DNA of 25,079 nucleotides from a virus (Duplodnaviria; Heunggongvirae; Uroviricota; Caudoviricetes): IMG/VR virus record IMGVR_UViG_2671180296_000013, positions 1 to 25,079 of that record; one strand, 5' to 3'. Shown piece by piece: positions 18,975 to 25,079 of this stretch (position 1 is its first letter; each line of letters starts with the position of its first letter). The notes under the pieces were generated by a model. It saw only the letters and a program-made list of their open reading frames with translations, ran no database searches and was not told where the DNA came from. The position numbers and the translations under genes were made by a program.

Positions 18975-19250
18975 ATGATTACCAATTATGAAACCACTGT
19001 TGTAACTACCGATGACATTGTTCACGAGGTGAATCTGGAAGGAAAGCGCATTGGCTACGTAATTAAAACAAAAAATAAAGAAACCCCATTCACTGTGGTT
19101 GATATTGACGGCCCATCAGGCAACGTAAAAACACTTGATGAAGGTGTCACAAAAATGAGTCTGGTTCACATCGGAAAGAATCTGCCCGCAGAAAAAAAAG
19201 CCGGATTTCTGGCAACTCTGATTGCAATGAAATTAAAAGGTGAAATCTGA
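18975..19250 (+). CDS. racC: RacC-like protein (91 aa)
   Basis: ATG at 18975 with AGGAGA SD, inside track ORF 18927..19250; length and position match Rac racC. Confidence 0.5.
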   Translation: MITNYETTVVTTDDIVHEVNLEGKRIGYVIKTKNKETPFTVVDIDGPSGNVKTLDEGVTKMSLVHIGKNLPAEKKAGFLATLIAMKLKGEI

Positions 19251-19279
19251 AAAAAGAAAGCCTGCACAACGTGCAGGCC
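19250..19279 (-). terminator. Terminator-like hairpin whose U-run lies on the minus strand, inside a plus-strand operon
   Basis: Stem gcctgcac (19260-19267) pairs with gtgcaggc (19272-19279), loop aacg; the A-run at 19249-19258 becomes a U-run only on the minus strand. Confidence 0.35.
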
Positions 19280-19348
19280 TGAGTGAAGAACCTGGGACAT
19301 TTATTCATCACTCGCAGTAATTTTAATCTGAGTTGAGGTTAAAAAACA

Positions 19349-21382
19349 ATGAGCACAAAACCACTCTTCCTGTTACGAAAAGCGAAAAAATCATCCGGTG
19401 AACCTGACGTCGTCCTATGGGCAAGTGACGATTTTGAATCGACCTGTGCCACTCTGGACTACCTGATCGTTAAGTCAGGTAAAAAACTGAGCAACTATTT
19501 TAAAGCTGTTGCCACAAATTTTCCTGTCGTTAATGACCTTCCCCCTGAAGGTGAGATCGATTTTACCTGGAGTGAACGCTATCAACTCAGCAAAGACTCC
19601 ATGACCTGGGAACTAAAACCGGGAGCAACGCCAGACGACGTTCACTATCAGGACAGTGCTCAGGAAACTGAAAAACTGACGGGAGGCCAGGAAGAAAACG
19701 CGCAGGCAGACGCCCACGGGGATTGCCAGGATTGTGAAGTCTCTGTAGCCACTTTGCGGTTCACTCAGCGTCTTCTGCACATTTTTACGTATGCGGCCGG
19801 GGATCGGAAATACCTGCATCATGCCACCCGTGAACAACGCGAACACATTACTGCTCTTGAGATGGATCAGGAAAACAGCTATGTCCAGAATCTGCTGTTG
19901 GCCATACGCGGCATGGCAGAACCGACAACTCTGGATAATGCCGCCCTGCTCCGCCTGACTGATGCAATTAAGGCAGTTTTCTCTATCACGAAAAAACATC
20001 AGCCCTATGAATTTAAGAATTTCATTTCAGCCTGGCTGGATACCGAACACATTGATCGCGGTCTTCTGACAAAAGAATGGAGGAAAGGGAATCGTGTTTC
20101 ACGCATCACTCGCACGGCTTCCGGTGCTAATGCTGGCGGCGGGAACCTCACCGATCGCGGCGAAGGTTTCGTCCACGATCTGACGTCACTGGCACGCGAT
20201 GTAGCCACTGGCGTACTTGCCCGTTCAATGGACGTGGACATCTATAACCTTCATCCGGCACACGCTAAACGCATTGAGGAAATTATCGCTGAAAATAAAC
20301 CGCCCTTTTCTGTTTTCCGCGACAAATTCATCACCATGCCTGGCGGGCTGGATTATTCCCGCGCCATCGTGGTTGCGTCCGTGAAAGAAGCACCAATTGG
20401 GATCGAGGTCACCCCCGCGCACGTCACTGAATATCTGAACAAAGTACTGACTGAAACTGATCATGCCAACCCTGATCCGGAAATCGTGGATATTGCCTGC
20501 GGTCGTTCCTCTGCCCCGATGCCGCAGCGTGTAACAGAAGAAGGAAAACAGGATGATGTAGAAAAACCGCAACCATCTGGAACAACGGCAGATGAACAGG
20601 GAGAGGCTGAAACAATGGAACCGGACGCAACTGAACATCATCAGGACACGCAGCCGCTGGATGCTCAGTCACAGGTAAATTCTGTTGATGCGAAATATCA
20701 AGAACTGCGGGCAGAACTCCATGAAGCCCGGAAAAACATTCCATCAAAAAATCCTGTCGATGCCGATAAGTTGCTTGCTGCATCACGTGGTGAATTTGTT
20801 GAGGGGATTAGCGACCCGAATGATCCGAAATGGGTGAAGGGGATTGAAACCCGCGATTCAGTGAACCAGAACCAACAAGAATCGGAACAGAACGACCAGA
20901 AAGCGGAACAAAACAGCCCAAATGCGTTACAAAACGAGCCAGAAACGAAACAGCCTGAACCAGTGGCGCAACAGGAAGTAGAAAAAGTTTGCAATGCCTG
21001 CGGTCAGTCTGGCGGGGATAACTGCCCTGACTGTGGTGCGGTGATGGGCGACGCAATATATCAGGAAACATTCGATGACGAGAATCAGGTTGAAGTTCGG
21101 GAAAATGAGCCGGAGAAAATGGAAGGCGCTGAACATCCACACAAGGAGAATGCTGGCAGCGATCCGCATCGCGATTGCAGTGATGAAACTGTCGAAGCAG
21201 CAGCTTCATCATTAGAAAAACTCGACTGGAAAAGACAAGTGGTGATTGCGGCGGTTTACGGTTTATGTGCGAATCCTGCAGGTATAGCCTCAGCGCCATT
21301 AATTCCGGGTATTGCAATGATGATCGCAAACAAACTTGAAAATTTTGGGGTAACAGATGATGAGCACATGCCCGATTTTTGA
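19349..21382 (+). CDS. Large protein (677 aa) in the recE position; RecE N-terminal-region-like, with an acidic low-complexity segment and Cys-rich zinc-ribbon-like motif, lacking a recognisable C-terminal nuclease domain
   Basis: Follows the RacC-like gene as recE does in Rac; N-terminus [20 protein letters not shown]... is as I recall for RecE. Contains [16 protein letters not shown] and an E/Q/D-rich stretch; the 3' end overlaps gam by 26 nt. Confidence 0.55.
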   Translation: MSTKPLFLLRKAKKSSGEPDVVLWASDDFESTCATLDYLIVKSGKKLSNYFKAVATNFPVVNDLPPEGEIDFTWSERYQLSKDSMTWELKPGATPDDVHYQDSAQETEKLTGGQEENAQADAHGDCQDCEVSVATLRFTQRLLHIFTYAAGDRKYLHHATREQREHITALEMDQENSYVQNLLLAIRGMAEPTTLDNAALLRLTDAIKAVFSITKKHQPYEFKNFISAWLDTEHIDRGLLTKEWRKGNRVSRITRTASGANAGGGNLTDRGEGFVHDLTSLARDVATGVLARSMDVDIYNLHPAHAKRIEEIIAENKPPFSVFRDKFITMPGGLDYSRAIVVASVKEAPIGIEVTPAHVTEYLNKVLTETDHANPDPEIVDIACGRSSAPMPQRVTEEGKQDDVEKPQPSGTTADEQGEAETMEPDATEHHQDTQPLDAQSQVNSVDAKYQELRAELHEARKNIPSKNPVDADKLLAASRGEFVEGISDPNDPKWVKGIETRDSVNQNQQESEQNDQKAEQNSPNALQNEPETKQPEPVAQQEVEKVCNACGQSGGDNCPDCGAVMGDAIYQETFDDENQVEVRENEPEKMEGAEHPHKENAGSDPHRDCSDETVEAAASSLEKLDWKRQVVIAAVYGLCANPAGIASAPLIPGIAMMIANKLENFGVTDDEHMPDF

Positions 21383-21656
21383 TCGCATTGAAGAGCTGGC
21401 ATGGTCACGCCACTACCAGAAGATCGTTCGCGAAGAAAAAGAAACGGAACTGGCGGACGACCTGGAAAAAGGTCTGCCCCAGCACCTGTTTGAATCGCTC
21501 TGCATCGACCATTTGCAACGCCACGGTGCCAGCAAACAGGCAATCAGTCGCGCATTTGATGACGATGTTGAATTTCAGGAACGCGTGGCGGAGCACATCC
21601 GGTACATGGTTGAAACCATTGCGCGTCACCAGGTTGATATTGATTCAGAGGTATAA
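21357..21656 (+). CDS. gam: Gam (RecBCD inhibitor), short-form-like
   Basis: ...[84 protein letters not shown] is near-identical to lambda Gam as I recall it. Confidence 0.85.
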   Translation: MMSTCPIFDRIEELAWSRHYQKIVREEKETELADDLEKGLPQHLFESLCIDHLQRHGASKQAISRAFDDDVEFQERVAEHIRYMVETIARHQVDIDSEV

Positions 21657-21661
21657 AACGA

Positions 21662-22441
21662 ATGAGTACAGCACTCGCAACGCTGGCCGGGAAGCTGGCT
21701 GAACGTGTCGGCATGGATACTGTCGACCCGCAGGAACTGATCGCCACTCTTCGCCAGATAGCATTTAAAGGCAATGCCAGCGATGCGCAATTCATCGCGC
21801 TGCTGATCGTCGCCAACCAGTACGGTCTTAATCCGTGGACGAAAGAGATTTACGCCTTCCCTGATAAGCAGAATGGTATCGTTCCGGTGGTGGGCGTTGA
21901 TGGCTGGTCCCGCATCATCAATGAAAACCAGCAGTTTGATGGTATGGACTTTGAGCAGGACAATGAATCCTGTACATGCCGGATTTACCGCAAGGACCGC
22001 AATCATCCGATCTGCGTTACCGAGTGGATGGATGAGTGCCGCCGCGAACCATTCAAAACCCGCGAAGGCAAAGAAGTTACGGGGCCGTGGCAGTCGCACC
22101 CCAAACGGATGTTACGGCATAAAGCCATGATTCAGTGTGCCCGTCTGGCCTTCGGATTTGCTGGTATCTATGACAAGGATGAAGCCGAGCGCATTGTCGA
22201 AAATACCGCATCAGAAAGTCAGCCGGAACGCGACATCACTCCGGTTAACGATGAAACCATGCAGGAGATTAACGCTCTGCTGATCGCCCTGGATAAAACA
22301 TGGGATGACGACTTATTGCCGCTCTGTTCCCAGATACTTCGCCGCGACATTCGCGCATCATCAGAACTGACGCAGACCGAAGCAGTGAAAACTCTTGGAT
22401 TCCTGAAACGGAAAGCCGCAGAGCAGAAGGTGGCAGCATGA
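21662..22441 (+). CDS. bet: Bet single-strand annealing protein (lambda Red beta)
   Basis: [19 protein letters not shown]...[36 protein letters not shown]... is near-identical to lambda Bet as I recall it. Confidence 0.95.
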   Translation: MSTALATLAGKLAERVGMDTVDPQELIATLRQIAFKGNASDAQFIALLIVANQYGLNPWTKEIYAFPDKQNGIVPVVGVDGWSRIINENQQFDGMDFEQDNESCTCRIYRKDRNHPICVTEWMDECRREPFKTREGKEVTGPWQSHPKRMLRHKAMIQCARLAFGFAGIYDKDEAERIVENTASESQPERDITPVNDETMQEINALLIALDKTWDDDLLPLCSQILRRDIRASSELTQTEAVKTLGFLKRKAAEQKVAA

Positions 22442-23118
22442 CTCCTGACATTATCCTGCAACGTACAGGAATCGACGTGAGAACTGTTAAACAAGGGGAT
22501 GATGCGTGGCACAAATTACGGCTCGGCGTCATCACAGCTTCAGAAGTTCACAACGTGATAGCAAAACCCCGCTCAGGAAAGAAATGGCCTGACATGAAAA
22601 TGTCCTACTTCCACACCCTGCTGGCTGAGGTCTGCACCGGAGTGACCCCGGAAGTTAACGCTAAAGCACTGGCCTGGGGAAAACAGTACGAGAACGACGC
22701 CAGAGCCCTGTTTGAGTTCATTTCCGGCGTGAATGTTACTGAATCCCCGATCATCTATCGTGACGAGACTATGCGCACCGCCTGCTCTCCCGATGGCTTA
22801 TGCAACGACGGTAACGGCCTTGAACTGAAATGCCCGTTTACCTCCCGGGATTTCATGAAGTTCCGGCTCGGTGGTTTCGGGGCCATAAAGTCGGCTTACA
22901 TGGCCCAGGTGCAGTACAGCATGTGGGTGACGCAAAAAGATGCCTGGTACTTTGCCAACTATGACCCGCGTATGAAGCGTGAAGGCCTGCATTATGTCGT
23001 GGTTGAGCGGGATGAAAAGTACATGGCGAGTTTTGACGAGATGGTGCCAGAATTCATCGAAAAAATGGACGAGGCACTGGCTGAAATGGGTTTTGTATTT
23101 GGGGAGCAATGGAAATGA
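22438..23118 (+). CDS. exo: Exo, lambda exonuclease (Red alpha)
   Basis: [15 protein letters not shown]...[36 protein letters not shown]... is near-identical to lambda Exo as I recall it. Confidence 0.95.
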   Translation: MTPDIILQRTGIDVRTVKQGDDAWHKLRLGVITASEVHNVIAKPRSGKKWPDMKMSYFHTLLAEVCTGVTPEVNAKALAWGKQYENDARALFEFISGVNVTESPIIYRDETMRTACSPDGLCNDGNGLELKCPFTSRDFMKFRLGGFGAIKSAYMAQVQYSMWVTQKDAWYFANYDPRMKREGLHYVVVERDEKYMASFDEMVPEFIEKMDEALAEMGFVFGEQWK

Positions 23119-23345
23119 GCGCAGCCACAAAGCTCACAGGAGAAAAACCAGTGCGATACACAAAAGTCAAACCATGCCCTTTTTGTGGTTGTCCATCAGT
23201 AACGGTGAAAGCCATTTCAGGATATTACCGCGCGAAGTGTAACGGATGCGAATCCCGAACCGGCTATGGTGGAAGTGAAAAAGAAGCACTCGAACGATGG
23301 AATAAACGAACCACTGGAAATAATAATGGAGGTGTTCATGTATAA
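23115..23345 (+). CDS. Lar-family restriction alleviation protein-like (Rac RalR position)
   Basis: [14 protein letters not shown]...YRAKCNGCE...EALERWNKR is the zinc-ribbon layout of Lar-family proteins; ATG at 23115 with GGGGAG SD. Confidence 0.6.
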   Translation: MSAATKLTGEKPVRYTKVKPCPFCGCPSVTVKAISGYYRAKCNGCESRTGYGGSEKEALERWNKRTTGNNNGGVHV

Positions 23346-23502
23346 AATTACCGCCACTATTGAAAAAGAAGGTGGCACTCCTACTAACTGGATAAGATAT
23401 TCAAAATCTAAATTAACGAAATCAGAATGCGAAAAAATGCTCTCAGGGGAAAAAAGAAGCAGGCGTTTCCAGAGAGCAGAAAGTAAAACTGATAAATTTT
23501 AA
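23338..23502 (+). CDS. Small hypothetical protein (54 aa)
   Basis: ATG at 23338 with GGAGG SD, inside track ORF 23266..23502. Confidence 0.4.
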   Translation: MYKITATIEKEGGTPTNWIRYSKSKLTKSECEKMLSGEKRSRRFQRAESKTDKF

Positions 23503-23626
23503 TTGCGAGAAACTTCTGTCCTCGTGAGTTGCATTGTATTCAAATTAAAACTTCATAGCTGATTATTAATAATCAACGTCGGGCGTCAATTTCAGTCTAA
23601 TATTGTCGCCCGCCAGAGGTGATGCG

Positions 23627-23842
23627 ATGGCACAAGTGATTTTTAATGAAGAGTGGATGGTTGAATACGGTCTGATGCTTCGTACTGGTCTGGGGGCCAG
23701 ACAAATTGAAGCATACCGCCAGAACTGTTGGGTGGAGGGCTTCCACTTCAAGCGAGTATCTCCTTTAGGTAAGCCAGACAGCAAACGAGGGATTATCTGG
23801 TACAACTATCCAAAGATAAATCAGTTTATCAAAGACTCATGA
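23627..23842 (+). CDS. xis: Excisionase-like protein
   Basis: 72 aa from the ATG at 23627 (AGAGGTGA SD), directly upstream of int with only 1 nt between stop and start. Confidence 0.6.
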   Translation: MAQVIFNEEWMVEYGLMLRTGLGARQIEAYRQNCWVEGFHFKRVSPLGKPDSKRGIIWYNYPKINQFIKDS

Positions 23843-23843
23843 T

Positions 23844-25079
23844 ATGTCTAAATTACCAACAGGTGTCGAGATTAGAGGTAGATACATTCGCATCTGGTTC
23901 ATGTTTCGAGGAAAACGATGTCGGGAAACATTAAAAGGCTGGGAGATTACAAACAGTAATATTAAAAAGGCCGGAAATTTAAGAGCGCTGATAGTTCATG
24001 AAATAAACTCCGGTGAATTTGAGTATTTAAGACGTTTTCCCCAGTCCAGCACTGGGGCAAAAATGGTGACAACGAGAGTCATAAAAACGTTCGGGGAGCT
24101 TTGTGATATCTGGACAAAAATTAAAGAGACAGAGTTAACAACAAACACAATGAAGAAAACGAAATCACAATTAAAAACACTCAGAATAATAATTTGTGAA
24201 AGTACCCCGATATCACATATTCGTTATAGCGATATCTTAAACTACCGGAATGAACTGCTGCATGGAGAAACGCTTTACCTGGATAATCCAAGATCCAACA
24301 AAAAAGGAAGAACCGTGCGCACAGTTGATAACTATATCGCCCTGCTCTGTTCGCTGTTACGTTTTGCGTATCAGTCGGGATTTATATCAACCAAACCATT
24401 TGAAGGAGTAAAAAAATTACAGCGAAACAGAATAAAGCCTGATCCGTTATCTAAAACAGAATTCAATGCATTAATGGAAAGTGAAAAAGGACAGAGCCAG
24501 AACTTGTGGAAATTTGCCGTTTACTCAGGACTTCGTCACGGGGAACTGGCAGCTCTGGCGTGGGAGGATGTGGATCTCGAAAAGGGAATAGTGAATGTCA
24601 GAAGAAACCTGACGATACTTGATATGTTCGGTCCCCCAAAAACAAATGCCGGGATCCGGACAGTAACACTACTGCAGCCTGCTCTTGAAGCACTGAAGGA
24701 GCAATACAAACTGACCGGGCATCATCGCAAAAGCGAAATCACCTTTTATCATCGGGAGTACGGCAGAACCGAAAAGCAAAAACTGCATTTTGTTTTCATG
24801 CCAAGGGTGTGTAACGGAAAACAGAAACCTTATTACTCGGTAAGCAGTTTGGGGGCAAGGTGGAATGCAGCAGTAAAACGTGCTGGTATTCGCCGCCGTA
24901 ATCCGTACCATACGCGGCATACTTTTGCCTGCTGGCTGTTGACGGCAGGAGCGAACCCGGCATTTATAGCCAGCCAAATGGGGCATGAAACTGCGCAGAT
25001 GGTGTATGAAATTTACGGTATGTGGATTGATGACATGAACGACGAACAGATAGCCATGTTGAATGCGCGGTTATCGTAG
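23844..25079 (+). CDS. int: Tyrosine integrase (Rac IntR-like, 411 aa)
   Basis: C-terminal catalytic region with R...HTRHTF...Y motifs (NPYHTRHTFACWLLTAGANPAFIASQMGHE...Y); stop at 25077-25079, the window edge. Confidence 0.9.
   Translation: MSKLPTGVEIRGRYIRIWFMFRGKRCRETLKGWEITNSNIKKAGNLRALIVHEINSGEFEYLRRFPQSSTGAKMVTTRVIKTFGELCDIWTKIKETELTTNTMKKTKSQLKTLRIIICESTPISHIRYSDILNYRNELLHGETLYLDNPRSNKKGRTVRTVDNYIALLCSLLRFAYQSGFISTKPFEGVKKLQRNRIKPDPLSKTEFNALMESEKGQSQNLWKFAVYSGLRHGELAALAWEDVDLEKGIVNVRRNLTILDMFGPPKTNAGIRTVTLLQPALEALKEQYKLTGHHRKSEITFYHREYGRTEKQKLHFVFMPRVCNGKQKPYYSVSSLGARWNAAVKRAGIRRRNPYHTRHTFACWLLTAGANPAFIASQMGHETAQMVYEIYGMWIDDMNDEQIAMLNARLS

Noticed and set aside
19613-21543. Minus-strand ORFs 19613..19999, 20005..20241, 20225..20641, 20424..20786, 20698..20994, 20808..21329, 20927..21169, 21256..21543
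   Set aside because: All are antisense to or out of frame with the continuous 677-aa plus-strand ORF; their products are low complexity and no start signals were evident.
21379-22535. Alternative-frame and minus-strand ORFs overlapping gam, bet and exo (21379..21702, 21405..21629, 21544..21816, 21626..22099, 21873..22130, 22219..22512, 22269..22535)
   Set aside because: They overlap genes whose products match lambda Gam, Bet and Exo nearly residue for residue.

Overview
This window reads as a mosaic lambdoid prophage of an enterobacterial (Escherichia/Shigella-like) host, laid out like the Rac prophage but with foreign cargo. All family assignments are by eye from the translations; no search was run. 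The plus strand (about 16.9-25.1 kb) carries a repressor, an early-left operon with KilR/YdaE/RacC-like small genes, a 677-aa protein in the recE position, lambda Red gam-bet-exo, a Lar-like gene, xis and int. The minus strand carries cro-like ydaS, ydaT, O/P-like replication genes with internal iterons, a ModA-like binding-protein gene, hok, nin-region genes, a Q-like gene, a pertussis-toxin-like AB5 toxin pair, a lysis cassette, ant, Rz/Rz1, a cos site and terminase genes. The most notable cargo is the AB5 toxin operon sitting between the Q-like gene and the lysis genes. An IS21-family element with intact target duplication has inserted at the 3' end of ant. Both terminase genes are broken across reading frames, so the prophage is probably defective for packaging. 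No tRNA, rRNA or CRISPR array was seen.
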